Shown here in pieces: positions 1 through 10,280 of a stretch of DNA of 64,000 bases. Source of the stretch: Spirochaetota bacterium (lineage in GTDB: Bacteria > Spirochaetota > UBA4802 > UBA5368); NCBI GenBank assembly GCA_025457965.1, contig JALOTJ010000001.1:1271-65270 (forward strand), read 5' to 3'. The notes under the pieces are model-generated. The model was not told the DNA's origin. It worked only from the letters and a program-made list of their open reading frames with translations, and did no database searches. Position 1 is the stretch's first letter. Every line of letters begins with the position of its first letter. The translations under genes and the position numbers were made by a program.

Positions 1-90
1 ATCGTAGGCCACGGCCGCCCCGGTGATCCCTCCCCCGATAATGAGTATATCGAAAACCTCGCCCCTGTGTTTCTCAATGAAGCGTTCCAT
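1..90 (-). CDS. FAD-dependent oxidoreductase, N-terminal fragment; the gene continues beyond the left edge of the window
   Basis: Reverse complement of 1-90 reads MERFIEKHRGEVFDILIIGGGITGAAVAYD, a GxGxxG Rossmann FAD-binding N-terminus (GlpA/GlpD-like). ATG at 88-90 is preceded by AAGGAGG 6 nt upstream. Only 30 aa visible. Confidence 0.55.
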   Translation of the reverse strand, partial: MERFIEKHRGEVFDILIIGGGITGAAVAYD

Positions 91-93
91 CTC

Positions 94-834
94 CTACCTC
101 CTTTTCACGGGTCGCGCGCCGTAATTATTTTTATAAAAAGCGAATATTTCCCCCTCGGTATAGACCAGTACATCGGCCATAATCTTCCGGGCCTTTGCCG
201 GCTGTTTCGCGCGAAAGGCCTCGTAGAGTTCCCTGTGGAACCGCGCCGAGCGCCCGCGGTTTTTTGCGTCGCTGAAGTACAGATAGCCGTAGTCCCTGAA
301 GAGCTGATTGAAAAAATTCAGTATGAAGATATAGAGCATGTTGCCGCTGGCCCGGGCGACCAGATGATGCACGCGCAGGTCACGTTCGAGCATGTCATCG
401 TCTCCCTCGGCGAACGCGATCGCCTTCAACTCATCGAGCTGCCCGTCGGTCCTGCTTACCGCGGCGCGCGAGGCCATTTCCGGCACCAGTATCTTCCGAA
501 TCGCCAGCGTATCGGCCAGGATGCCCGGATCGAACACCTCGTCCAGGTACACGATCTCCTTGAAAAGCTCCAGGTTGCCGCTCTCGAGGTAATTTTTTAC
601 ATAGATGCCGTCGCCGTGGCGGATCTCGACCAGGCCCATTACCTCAAGCTTTTTAAGCGCCTCGCGAAGCGTGGCCCGGTTAACGTGCAGGTTCGCGGCG
701 ATTTCGCGCTCGGCGGAAAGCCGCTCGCCGGGCCTGAAGCGTCCCTCGACTATCCTGCCGATCATCTGGCTGACGATTTCCTCGTGGAGCCGGCTTCTCG
801 TAACCGGATCGAGCTTTGGGGCGGCTAGCGTCAT
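94..834 (-). CDS. GntR/FadR-family transcriptional regulator (winged HTH plus FCD-type C-terminal domain)
   Basis: HTH segment PGERLSAEREIAANLHVNRATLREALKKLE. ATG at 834 has GGAGGG at 5 nt spacing; the longer ORF to 906 starts with TTG and has no RBS. Confidence 0.85.
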   Translation of the reverse strand: MTLAAPKLDPVTRSRLHEEIVSQMIGRIVEGRFRPGERLSAEREIAANLHVNRATLREALKKLEVMGLVEIRHGDGIYVKNYLESGNLELFKEIVYLDEVFDPGILADTLAIRKILVPEMASRAAVSRTDGQLDELKAIAFAEGDDDMLERDLRVHHLVARASGNMLYIFILNFFNQLFRDYGYLYFSDAKNRGRSARFHRELYEAFRAKQPAKARKIMADVLVYTEGEIFAFYKNNYGARPVKRR

Positions 835-1107
835 CACATCCCTCCAGGCTATTGGTCGAATGGTCCGACCAATTTTCAAGGTATATACAATCACGGACGA
901 AGTCAAGGTTTTTATGATGATTGCTCAGGATTTTACGGCAGAACCGGACCAGCGGTGGATTGCGGTTCGGTCAACGACCGGTATTTCCGGAACTGATCAA
1001 TGTTTTCTAACGGTGGGACCCGAGTAATAGCCGGACACTTCGGAACTTGATTCTTTTACGTAATCGCCGGGGAATCCGGGCCATGCCCCGCTCCCCGGCG
1101 TATCGCT

Positions 1108-2229
1108 TCACGCACGGGTAAAACCCTCGATCGGCATGCGCAGGCTCACCGGTGCCGGGTAGCTTTTCACATAACCGACGCGCATGAGCATCGCTATCTT
1201 TCTCACGCCGATGCGCGCGGCGATTTCGTTTTTCCACGGCGCTTCCTGGAGCGCCTGTGTCATCGGGTGAACCGCGATCATTTTTTCACGCACCCTAAGC
1301 CCCATTCGCTGGAATGCTCGTCCCGCCTCCACGAGCGCCGCCGGGGAATTTCCGGTAAGCGGAAGCACCAGCCACCCGCCGCAGTTATCCACCTGCTTCT
1401 TCGCCATGGCGATGCCCTGTTCCCTGAAACTGTTTTCAAGGACCGATTGCCGTTCAAAAAAGCTACCCACATACCATCCCGCCATGCCGGTGATTTCCAT
1501 TGACGCGGGCGTCAATCCGTTCAGGTGGCTGCGCTGCTCCTTTTTTGACCAGCGGATCCAGTCGGCAAGCTCTTCCTGCGCCTCATTGCGCCACGTCTGC
1601 GCTTTGTTCGCCTCAAGCGTCGCCTCGGCAAGGTACTTCCCTTCGGCGGAAAGCCGGGGAATATAGATGAAGCCGCTGTGCTTTCCAGTAACAGAATCGA
1701 TATCCCCGCGCTCCAGTTCCCTTTTATTCATGCCGTTACGCACCGTGCGCCGCGCGCGCATTGCATCCACCGGGTACGCGATCTCGTCTGCCCGTGTGAT
1801 GCGCGTCTCGATGAGCGCCGTTTCGTGCGGGCTCTTTGCGATCACTCGATACTCCACCCGCCTGCCGTACGCGCCGGCGGCGATCACCAGGTTCTCCATA
1901 AAGGCCCCCATCGAGAGCATGACATCATGGTTCCCCGGATCGACCGCCGGGAGCCACCGCGAGCGCTCGGTGCCGATTGTCCACCTTCCCGGCCCCGTTA
2001 TCCGCACGGTCCACGGCTGTGTGTTGTGCCCGCTTGGCGCACGCGACGCGAGCCCAAGTATCGCCCGCTCCTCCTCGTCGAGCCGCCTCAATGCGTTTGC
2101 ACCCATGGCGGCTTCCCCTGCCTCATTCGCCACATCGCCCCCGAACGCCGGAACGAGGCGCGGAAGGGCCGTTGCGAGCACGACGCCTCCTGTTGTCAGC
2201 AAGAAACCTCTTCTAGTCGTTGTGTTCAT
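1108..2229 (-). CDS. Tat-signal nitroreductase-family protein
   Basis: N-terminus MNTTTRRGFLLTTGGVVLATALP is a twin-arginine signal. SGHNTQPWTVRI matches the nitroreductase signature. RBS GAAGAGGAA before the ATG. Confidence 0.8.
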   Translation of the reverse strand: MNTTTRRGFLLTTGGVVLATALPRLVPAFGGDVANEAGEAAMGANALRRLDEEERAILGLASRAPSGHNTQPWTVRITGPGRWTIGTERSRWLPAVDPGNHDVMLSMGAFMENLVIAAGAYGRRVEYRVIAKSPHETALIETRITRADEIAYPVDAMRARRTVRNGMNKRELERGDIDSVTGKHSGFIYIPRLSAEGKYLAEATLEANKAQTWRNEAQEELADWIRWSKKEQRSHLNGLTPASMEITGMAGWYVGSFFERQSVLENSFREQGIAMAKKQVDNCGGWLVLPLTGNSPAALVEAGRAFQRMGLRVREKMIAVHPMTQALQEAPWKNEIAARIGVRKIAMLMRVGYVKSYPAPVSLRMPIEGFTRA

Positions 2230-2248
2230 TGTTGTTCCTCTTCGGTCA

Positions 2249-2297
2249 ATTATAGAGCATATACTCTAATACTATATATAGAGCTATTACTCTATAT
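2249..2297 (-). promoter_or_regulatory. Putative -10 box (TATAAT on minus strand, 2249-2254) overlapped and flanked by two inverted repeats, upstream of the nitroreductase gene
   Basis: IR1 TAGAG-N6-CTCTA at 2253-2268. IR2 ATATAGAG-N6-CTCTATAT at 2276-2297 with perfect 8 bp arms. Both lie in an AT-rich stretch 20 to 70 nt upstream of the ATG at 2229. Confidence 0.4.
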
Positions 2298-2371
2298 TTC
2301 AAGAAATTTTTCGTAATATGGGTTTATTTTTTACGCTTCCAGTCCGGCGAAGTGCCACAGGCAGGCGGGGC

Positions 2372-3928
2372 TTACTTTTTTTCGATGTCGATTGACGCTA
2401 TGAGGTTTTTCAGGCTGTCAGCCATCCCTGAGAGTTCCTCGGTGCTTGAAAGCATCTCGTTCGCTCCGTTGGAGTTTACCAGGGCAACCTCGTTTATAGA
2501 GGAAATCGTTTTAACGATCTCGTCCGTCGCGATCTTATGTTCATGGGTGGCCGATTTGATCTCTTGGGTTTTTAAGTTAACTACTTCCACGTTTTTATTG
2601 ATTGTTTTATTCACCTCAAGCTGCATATCCATACGAGATGCGATCGCCTGCATGGCCTTAAAGTTTTCCGTTATTCCCTGGATGATGGAGCCGATGGTCG
2701 CAACCGTTCCTGTTACGTGGGCCTTCCCCTGGTGTATTTCCTTTTCGTTCACGCTGATGAGCTGGCTTATGTTCTTTACGCTCTGCGACGTTCGCTCGGC
2801 CAGCTTTGATATGGCGTCGGCTACCACGGCGAATCCCCTTCCCGCCTCTCCCGCCCGGGCGGCCTCGATGGCCGCGTTAAGGGATAGAAGATTGATCTGG
2901 TCGGAGATATCATTGATAATATTTATTATACCGGTCATCTCGCCGGAGCTGCTTTCTATATTGCTCATGCTTTGGTTCATCAGCCCGAGGTTTTTATTAC
3001 CGACCTGCGCCGAGTTCATGATGGCCTGCACCCTTTCATGCATGGACTCCACCTCTCCCTTCATCCCCATGATCGTATCGGTGAACTCGGCCATTTTAGT
3101 CATTAAAACACTCATCGCACCGCTCTGCGAGTCGGCGTTTGCCGAGATGTTCTCTATCCCCGCCGACATCTCCTCCATCGCCGATGTCATCTGCTCGACC
3201 GAGGAGGCCTGTGTTTGCGCATTATCGGAGAACTGCGTTGCCGTTGTTGACAGCTCGTTCGATGATGAGGCCAGTGAAACAGTCAGCGACCGCACGCTGT
3301 CAAGAAGCTTGATAATGATGCCTGATTTCTCCTTATTTATTTCCATCTCTCCGGATATTTCCTTCATCGCCGATCCTATGTTTTGAAGAATCACGTAACA
3401 CTGGATCACGATAAAAACGGTAAGGGCGAAGTGTGTGCCGATAATTTTTTTCGCGACCGCTGCGTCGATCGTATCGCTCAGAATAACAGCGCCCACCCCA
3501 AGGGCGAGGGTCATGACACCCACGACAATTACCGTAACACGGGTGCCAATCAACGCCGCGAAGATTATAAAAAGATAGGGGATGATAATACTTATAAATA
3601 ATGAAAGTTCCGTTTGATGCTTGCCCAACAGTATTTGAATGGCGATCGCCACGGTAGCGCCGACGGGAAGCAGATTCGCGGCAGCATAATAGCGACCGCT
3701 CTTGAGGAATGCCAATCCCACAATCCCGATCGCGATCAGGCTCGCGCGGGAGATAAACTCCGTGGAAAAAAGAGCGTAGGCAGACAGGCCGAGCATTACA
3801 CCGGTGGTCATAATCAATGTGGCGCTGATGAGCAATACAATATACAGGAAGGTCTTTGACTTTCTCTGTACAACTATGCCTGCCGTTGCATAACTTCCTA
3901 AGAAAAATCCCTCCAATCTTTTAAACAT
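2372..3928 (-). CDS. Methyl-accepting chemotaxis protein with a multi-pass membrane N-terminal sensor region
   Basis: C-terminal MCP signalling domain ([34 protein letters not shown]). About 6-8 predicted TM helices and no periplasmic domain. ATG at 3928 has RBS GGAAGGGGG; the ORF in the track extends to 3970. Confidence 0.85.
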   Translation of the reverse strand: MFKRLEGFFLGSYATAGIVVQRKSKTFLYIVLLISATLIMTTGVMLGLSAYALFSTEFISRASLIAIGIVGLAFLKSGRYYAAANLLPVGATVAIAIQILLGKHQTELSLFISIIIPYLFIIFAALIGTRVTVIVVGVMTLALGVGAVILSDTIDAAVAKKIIGTHFALTVFIVIQCYVILQNIGSAMKEISGEMEINKEKSGIIIKLLDSVRSLTVSLASSSNELSTTATQFSDNAQTQASSVEQMTSAMEEMSAGIENISANADSQSGAMSVLMTKMAEFTDTIMGMKGEVESMHERVQAIMNSAQVGNKNLGLMNQSMSNIESSSGEMTGIINIINDISDQINLLSLNAAIEAARAGEAGRGFAVVADAISKLAERTSQSVKNISQLISVNEKEIHQGKAHVTGTVATIGSIIQGITENFKAMQAIASRMDMQLEVNKTINKNVEVVNLKTQEIKSATHEHKIATDEIVKTISSINEVALVNSNGANEMLSSTEELSGMADSLKNLIASIDIEKK

Positions 3929-4029
3929 ACCGCCCCCTTCCGCCGCTATCCTGACGCGAACGCATGACATTGAAGGAACTATTACGACAGAAAAAATTAA
4001 AATTCTTCAAGTCTTTTATGAATAAGCGG

Positions 4030-4677
4030 TCATCGGTTCTGCAAAATCTGCATCTTGAACATGCCGGCCAGCAGCGAACCGCTCGTCCTCATTTGCTTGA
4101 TTATCTCCTCACGGTTCTTGCCGGGATATTTGCGCAATGTAATCAGCAGGCCATTGAGTGAAGCGATATACATTCGCGCCAGCAGGCGCACATCGCTGTC
4201 CGGATTAAAACGCGTGAAATAGTTTACGATTTCTATCAGGAATACGCGAAAACTTTCGTTTATACTGCTCAGGACCTCATCGTTTAAAGTATCATCGATC
4301 ATGAAGTGGGTGCGCATTTTCAGGTTTTGCTCCTCTCTGGCGAAATGATCAATGATGATCATCGTTATCTCTTCCAGACGGAAATCCTTGCTCGCATTCA
4401 TTTCTTCCATGATCCTGACAAGCAAACGGTTATTGCTGCGAATGTATGCCTCGGCGTAAAGGCACTGCTTGTCGGTAAAATACCGGTAAATTGCCGTTGC
4501 GGTAATACCGGCTTCCTTGGCGATATGCCTCATCGTTACTTTATCGAAAGCCAGTTGCGTAAACACCCGTTCGGCCGCGTTTATGATAAGACTTTTCCTG
4601 TTATCGCGCTCAATTTCCTTTAACTTTGGGAAATTCATAGGTTCATAAACGACAGACTTCTTGTTTGTATGAGCCAT
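4030..4677 (-). CDS. TetR/AcrR-family transcriptional regulator
   Basis: N-terminal HTH RKSLIINAAERVFTQLAFDKVTMRHIAKEAGITATAIYRYF. Starts 3 nt after the stop of the upstream acyl-CoA dehydrogenase. Confidence 0.85.
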   Translation of the reverse strand: MAHTNKKSVVYEPMNFPKLKEIERDNRKSLIINAAERVFTQLAFDKVTMRHIAKEAGITATAIYRYFTDKQCLYAEAYIRSNNRLLVRIMEEMNASKDFRLEEITMIIIDHFAREEQNLKMRTHFMIDDTLNDEVLSSINESFRVFLIEIVNYFTRFNPDSDVRLLARMYIASLNGLLITLRKYPGKNREEIIKQMRTSGSLLAGMFKMQILQNR

Positions 4678-4680
4678 AAT

Positions 4681-5847
4681 TTATTCCCTTGAACTCAGCG
4701 AGAGATTCTCGCCGATGCGTTCCTTTATTGTTTCAACAGATTCAGCACCCGTCAACATGACAAGCGAATCGCGCAAATATCGCTGCGCGTCATATTCCTT
4801 TGCATACCCGTAGCCGCCAAGAACCTGTACGCAATTGAGGGAAGCCGTGCCTGCCGCCTCGACAGCATTAAGACGCGCTATGGCCGACTCGATAGTTATT
4901 TTCTCGCCATGATCATTAAGCCATGCCGCCTGGTAGGTGAGCATCCGGGCGCTCCTTATTTTAATCGCCATATCAACAAGCATATGCCGTACGGCACCGA
5001 AATCGACGATGGGTTTGCCGAACTGGACACGGTCTTTGGCGTACTGGGACGCATACTCGAAAGCCCCCTGTGCCATTCCGACGGCAACGCCGGCAACCTC
5101 AAGGTTCTCGGAATCAATTATACGCTCAAACTGTGTCCAGCCCTGATTGAGCATCTCCGGCCCGCCTAAAATATCCGACGCGCTCACGGCAACATCTTTA
5201 AAGGTGACCTGGCAGAGGTTAATGGAATCGAAGCCCACCTTTTCCATCGCCTGGATGCCTATTCCCTTCTTTTTTGAATCCACGATAAACATCGTCAGCC
5301 CCTGTGTATACTCCTTGCCCTGGTCCGTACATGCCAGTGCAAGGAGGTGGTCCGCCCGATCAGCCAGGCGGACCCATACTTTTGTGCCGCTTAACATAAA
5401 ACCGTCACGGGCAGCGGTGGCAATCGTTTTCACCGGGCTGATGCCGTATGCGTCTTCTTTTTCCCTGAGTGCATAAGCGAACAGAGACTCCCCCTGTACG
5501 AGAGCCGGAAGGAAGCGCCGTTTCTGCTCTTCGCTGCCCATGGCGGAAATGGTGTTTCCCCCGCAGAATGCTGAAGCGATAAACACCGCGGCAAGCGATG
5601 GATACAGGGAGGCAAGCTCTTCAACGACCAGCACCGCTCCCAGGGTATTGGGGCCTCCACCGCCGTATGCTTCCTGAATGGTCAGTCCGCAGAAACCCAT
5701 CTCCTTGATGGTCTTGAAAAGGTCGGAAGGAAACTGCCCCGACTCATCCAGTTTTTTTGCCACATCGCGCTGGCACTCCCTGGAAATAAAATTTTGAATG
5801 GTGTCCCTTATCAATCCCTGTTCTTCACTTAATGCAAAATCCATCAT
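4681..5847 (-). CDS. Acyl-CoA dehydrogenase
   Basis: ACAD fold across the whole length, with C-terminal YAKEYDAQRYLRDSLVMLTGAESVETIKERIG. True start is the ATG pair at 5847/5844 (MMDFALSEEQ) preceded by AAGGAG. The longer ORF in the track to 5979 overlaps the upstream gene. Confidence 0.9.
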   Translation of the reverse strand: MMDFALSEEQGLIRDTIQNFISRECQRDVAKKLDESGQFPSDLFKTIKEMGFCGLTIQEAYGGGGPNTLGAVLVVEELASLYPSLAAVFIASAFCGGNTISAMGSEEQKRRFLPALVQGESLFAYALREKEDAYGISPVKTIATAARDGFMLSGTKVWVRLADRADHLLALACTDQGKEYTQGLTMFIVDSKKKGIGIQAMEKVGFDSINLCQVTFKDVAVSASDILGGPEMLNQGWTQFERIIDSENLEVAGVAVGMAQGAFEYASQYAKDRVQFGKPIVDFGAVRHMLVDMAIKIRSARMLTYQAAWLNDHGEKITIESAIARLNAVEAAGTASLNCVQVLGGYGYAKEYDAQRYLRDSLVMLTGAESVETIKERIGENLSLSSRE

Positions 5848-5914
5848 AAACTCCTTATATTTTTCATTTACCATCGAGGCATACCGGGGAGCCTCCAGCA
5901 CCGCGGATACGCCG

Positions 5915-7486
5915 TCAAACCAGACGGTCCTTCCCTTTCCAGTAGGCCGCCCGCATGTTTTTTTTGTCAATCTTCCCAAGGTTTGTCAGCGGAATCTCTT
6001 TCCAGAATTCCACGCTCTTCGGTACCACCATGCTCCCCTTTTTGTCTTTGACAAACTTTATCAGTTCCTCGGCCGTCGCGGCCTTCCCCTCATAAAGCAC
6101 GACGATTGCTTTAACCTCTTCTCCCCATTTCTCATGCGGCACGCCGATAACGGCGACATTTTTCACCGAGGGGTGCCCATGAAGCACGTCCTCAATTTCG
6201 CGCGGATAAATATTAAAACCACCGCTGATGATCATATCCTTGCATCGGTCTACTATATAGAGGTAACCCTCTTCATCCAGCTTGCCCATGTCGCCGGTAT
6301 GCAGCCAGCCGTTTTTAATGGTCTCGGCCGTGGTTTCCGGGTCCTTTAAATAACCGTCCATCATGTTGATATGCTTTATGATTATCTCTCCGGCTTCTCC
6401 GAGAGACACGTCGCTGCCGTCTTCATTCACGATACGGACCTGGCACGGGAAACATGGTCTGCCGCATGAGCTGAATATACGCCTCTGCCTTTCAGGATCT
6501 TCGATGACGTGCGCCTCTTTTGGCAGACAGCACATCGCCATTGGCGCCTCGGTCTGGCCATAAAGTTGCGTAAACACCGGCCCGAATTTGGTGATCGCCT
6601 GTTTTAGCCGGTCGGGAGCGATGGCCGAGGCTCCATAGATGATATCCCGCCAGCTGCCCGTATCGTACTTGTCGATATCCGGATGGTCCATGAGCACATA
6701 GAGCATCGTTGGGACAAGGAAGGCCGAGGTTATTTTTTCTTTCTGTGTCAGATCCAGGAATTCTTTTGGATCGAAATGATCCATGATAAGGCACGTGCCG
6801 CCCCTGATCAGGACCGGTATCATCAGGCATCCCCCGGCATGCGTCAGCGGAGTCGCGAAGCAGAATACCTCATCATATTCCAGGCGGAATTCGAGGAGCT
6901 CGGTGATGAAGGTCCCCACCCAGGATCGATGCGATAACATGACACCCTTGGGCATTCCGGTGGTCCCCCCGGTGAAATAAATCCCGCACAAATCTTCAGG
7001 CGCAATCTCCACGCCAGGGCTTTCCGCCGGGTGGGTGTCGATGAGCGTCTGTAAATGCAGATGACCCGGGGGAATTTTGGAAGGATCTTCGGAGATACAG
7101 ATGAAGGTCTTCACCGTTTCCAGCTTCGGGATCATCTCCTTTACACGCGACAGCATCTTCTCATGGTAGATAAGCGCCTTGCATTCTGCCTTGTTCATCA
7201 TGTAGATATGATCGTCGTTCGAGAGCAGAACGGCCAGCGGGACCCGCACGATGCCGCATTTTGCCAGGGCGTACTCGGAAAAGACGTACTCGGGACAATT
7301 GGCCATCAGGAAGGAGATGTTGTCATTCTTTTTGAATCCTATTTTACTCAGGGCATTCGCGAGGCGATAGGCCTTGTCCTGCATCTCCGCATAGGTGTAG
7401 CACACATCTCCATATTTGATAGCGCGCTTGTTTTTATAAAACGTCACGCACCGATCATAGAGATCGCCAACATTATGACCCATCAT
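5915..7486 (-). CDS. AMP-dependent acyl-CoA synthetase/ligase
   Basis: AMP-binding motif YFTGGTTGMPKGVMLSHRSW. ATG at 7486 (MMGHNVGDLY) has RBS GGAGGG. Confidence 0.9.
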   Translation of the reverse strand: MMGHNVGDLYDRCVTFYKNKRAIKYGDVCYTYAEMQDKAYRLANALSKIGFKKNDNISFLMANCPEYVFSEYALAKCGIVRVPLAVLLSNDDHIYMMNKAECKALIYHEKMLSRVKEMIPKLETVKTFICISEDPSKIPPGHLHLQTLIDTHPAESPGVEIAPEDLCGIYFTGGTTGMPKGVMLSHRSWVGTFITELLEFRLEYDEVFCFATPLTHAGGCLMIPVLIRGGTCLIMDHFDPKEFLDLTQKEKITSAFLVPTMLYVLMDHPDIDKYDTGSWRDIIYGASAIAPDRLKQAITKFGPVFTQLYGQTEAPMAMCCLPKEAHVIEDPERQRRIFSSCGRPCFPCQVRIVNEDGSDVSLGEAGEIIIKHINMMDGYLKDPETTAETIKNGWLHTGDMGKLDEEGYLYIVDRCKDMIISGGFNIYPREIEDVLHGHPSVKNVAVIGVPHEKWGEEVKAIVVLYEGKAATAEELIKFVKDKKGSMVVPKSVEFWKEIPLTNLGKIDKKNMRAAYWKGKDRLV

Positions 7487-7577
7487 AGCTCTAACCCTCC
7501 ATTTCTTCGTCTTCAGAGCCCACTTGGCCGGCGAGTCACGCGCCGGCAATTCATGGAACATTCCACGAATAAGACAA

Positions 7578-9584
7578 TTATTTATAAAAATCTTTTTTAT
7601 ACAGCTTTACGGAAAGGCCGGTAAGGTCGGCCCATTTCATGGGTCCACCCTTGTCCGCCGGAAAGCCTATGCCCCATATGGCCCCGATATCAATCAGCCG
7701 CGGATCGGCGATTATCTTCTTCTCCAGAAGTTCATGGCCGGTAACCACGAAAGGAGTAAACAGCATCTGCTGAATCTCGGTCTCGCTGTATTCGGCCTTT
7801 TTACCGTCTGGATTGATCAAGGGCAGCACCTCGGGATCAACCTTGCCGTCTTTATCATAATATCCCTTACCGTTTTTGTTGCGACCCAGCCTGCCTGCCT
7901 TATAGACGTTTTCCAGAGAAGGCGGTGCTATCCTCTTGAGCGACTTGGTAAGCACCAGATATGAAGTATCTATTCCGACCTCGTCGGTCAACCGTACCGG
8001 CCCTACGGGGAGTCCAAATTTCATCATGGCGGTGTCGATGCTCTCGATACTTACCCCCTCCGCGAGCAGCTCGTAGGTTTTTATGAAGTATGGGAAAAGC
8101 ATGGCGTTTACCACAAAACCAGGATTGTCATTGCAGACAACCGGACGCTTTCTGAGCGCGGCAGCCAGTGCGATGAGATTATTGATGGTGTCCTCGTTCG
8201 TTTCCTTGCCGCGAATAATTTCCACAAGCTCCATCTTCCATACCGGCGAGAAGAAGTGGATCCCGGCGAAACGACCGGGATTCTTGACGCTTCCGGCAAG
8301 AAGATTGACGGGCAGGCTCGAGGTATTGCTCGCCAGGATACAATTTTCAGAAACTACGCCGCACAGCGACCGGTAGACCTCATCCTTGACCGCCGGGTCC
8401 TCGAACACCGCCTCTATCACCACATCCACGTCCTTAAACTCATCCGTCCATTCCGATACGGGAATAATCAGTTTCATGAGCTGGTCGACTGGCTGCGCGA
8501 GACGGCCCTTTTCAGCCATGCCCTCGAGGACCTTTTGAACCGCCGCTTTTCCGGGCTCGAGCGCCGCCGGGAGATCCTTAACCACAACCGGTTTTTGCAG
8601 TCTCCTCAATATTTCAACTACGATGCCGCGGCCCATGATGCCGAACCCGAGAACGGCGAACTTGTTCATCGATCCGGTCTTGAATCCCTTCGGAATCATC
8701 GTCTGCGGCTTGTCGGAATAGGTCTTCAGAAAGAAGGTATTGATCATGCCCCTGGATTCGGGCGATTTAAGGACATTCATGAAGCACTCGACCTCGAGCG
8801 CAAGCCCCTCCGCAATGGGAACTTTAAGGCCCTCCTTAATGGCCTGGAGCGCGTATTTGGGCCCCGGCAGCTCCCTGCCTCGCGATGCTTTAAGCACTCC
8901 CTTCGTGGCAGTGGCGATCACTTCGTCCAATCCCGCAAAGTCCTGCGCGGGCCTCTTTAGTTCAGCCCTGCCGGATACGATATCATTCGCAAATTCTTTC
9001 GCCGCGGCGAGCAGATCGGCGCTTTCCGGTACGAGTTTGTCAAGCAGCCCGGCTTCGAAACCCTTTTTCGCCGGCATCACCTGACCCTTGAGAATTATTT
9101 CGATCGCGGCATAGCCGATAAGCCGTGGCAGGCGCTGGGTTCCGCCGCCTCCAGGCATGAGGCCTACGGAAATTTCAGGCAATCCCACGAGGGTTTTGGG
9201 GCTGTCGGTGGCGATCCTGGCCGTCATCGCCAGTGCGAATTCGTACCCGCCCCCCATGCACGGTCCGTTGATCGCCGCCACCGTCGGAATGCCGAGGTTT
9301 TCCATCCGCAGGAAGAGTCGACTGAAACGCGTGCACCGTTCCTGGAATTTAGGATAGTCGGTAATGCTGTCTATAAGGGCCAGGTCCCCGCCCGCATGGA
9401 AAGAGCTCTTGCCCGAAATAAATACAACGGCCTTGTAATTCGATTTCTCCCGCTCCAGTCCGGTCAGCACCTCTTCGAAATCAATTACGGCCTGGTCGGT
9501 CCAGGTATTGACCGCCTCTCCGGGCACATCAAAACGAACCACGGCCAGATCATTTTGTTTTTCTAAGATAAATATCTTGGACAT
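7578..9584 (-). CDS. Bifunctional enoyl-CoA hydratase/3-hydroxyacyl-CoA dehydrogenase (FadB/FadJ-like)
   Basis: N-terminal crotonase fold (AVVFISGKSSFHAGGDLALI). Central NAD-binding KFAVLGFGIMGRGI followed by a 3HCDH C-domain. RBS GGAGGA. Confidence 0.9.
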   Translation of the reverse strand: MSKIFILEKQNDLAVVRFDVPGEAVNTWTDQAVIDFEEVLTGLEREKSNYKAVVFISGKSSFHAGGDLALIDSITDYPKFQERCTRFSRLFLRMENLGIPTVAAINGPCMGGGYEFALAMTARIATDSPKTLVGLPEISVGLMPGGGGTQRLPRLIGYAAIEIILKGQVMPAKKGFEAGLLDKLVPESADLLAAAKEFANDIVSGRAELKRPAQDFAGLDEVIATATKGVLKASRGRELPGPKYALQAIKEGLKVPIAEGLALEVECFMNVLKSPESRGMINTFFLKTYSDKPQTMIPKGFKTGSMNKFAVLGFGIMGRGIVVEILRRLQKPVVVKDLPAALEPGKAAVQKVLEGMAEKGRLAQPVDQLMKLIIPVSEWTDEFKDVDVVIEAVFEDPAVKDEVYRSLCGVVSENCILASNTSSLPVNLLAGSVKNPGRFAGIHFFSPVWKMELVEIIRGKETNEDTINNLIALAAALRKRPVVCNDNPGFVVNAMLFPYFIKTYELLAEGVSIESIDTAMMKFGLPVGPVRLTDEVGIDTSYLVLTKSLKRIAPPSLENVYKAGRLGRNKNGKGYYDKDGKVDPEVLPLINPDGKKAEYSETEIQQMLFTPFVVTGHELLEKKIIADPRLIDIGAIWGIGFPADKGGPMKWADLTGLSVKLYKKDFYK

Positions 9585-9685
9585 TTGAGTTCCTCCATCG
9601 AGTTGTTTACGGCAAGTAAAACATAATGGCTTTCCGATCTTCTGTCACGATTGCACTTTCATGCCGACCCGTACGGGGATTATGT

Positions 9686-10255
9686 TCAGCATGTTATCTT
9701 CCATTCGCAATACAGTCCGCACCCCAGCGTTTCCGGCGGTATCCTTACCGGTACCGCTTTCATGTTCGGATTAAAGTACGCGGTCTGGAAATCCATCATG
9801 CGCTGTTCAATTACCCGGCAGAAATTTTGCTCGCGGCCCTCGCCTTCCTTCACCAGTGCGTCAATAGTCGGACAACTTGTCGCCCGCATTATCCCATGGC
9901 TCCTGGATAACAGTTCGAGCTCCATGCGAATATTGCCCGCCCAGGCCATGAGCTGGGAGGCTTTGAAAAAGGCCTCGACGTCGTTACCGGTGATATTGAA
10001 CATCCGGGTGAGGTGTTTGAGCTCATAGCGCATGTGCTTTTCCCATACCCAGAGGTCCATCTCCATCGCTATCTCGTTGCCGAAGCGTTCTTTGGCCGCA
10101 AGGTACCAGAATCCATCCACCGCCAGAAACATCTTGCGGTAAAGATCGAGGCCTTTCAGTCTCATCTCTTCGCTGAAGGAGTCCCAGGTTAAATCCGGCC
10201 TGAATTCGCCGGCGTAATCAGTCATGCCCCCCATCTCATCCTCCGATGTTTGCAT
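9686..10255 (-). CDS. Conserved hypothetical protein with a C-terminal Cys cluster, inside the acyl-CoA operon
   Basis: 189 aa ORF with protein-like composition. Possible starts at 10255, 10234 or 10225. No family recognised with confidence. Confidence 0.55.
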   Translation of the reverse strand: MQTSEDEMGGMTDYAGEFRPDLTWDSFSEEMRLKGLDLYRKMFLAVDGFWYLAAKERFGNEIAMEMDLWVWEKHMRYELKHLTRMFNITGNDVEAFFKASQLMAWAGNIRMELELLSRSHGIMRATSCPTIDALVKEGEGREQNFCRVIEQRMMDFQTAYFNPNMKAVPVRIPPETLGCGLYCEWKITC

Positions 10256-10280
10256 ATTCCCCGGGGAATCTCGCTTATTT

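Noticed and set aside
9603-9623. Imperfect inverted repeat TTGTTTAC-N5-GTAAAACA upstream of the FadB-like gene as a third operator copy
   Set aside because: Only 6/8 complementary and it overlaps the 5' UTR/RBS region. It is too weak to call, but it resembles the GTTAAC/GTTTAC half-sites and would be worth including in a motif search.
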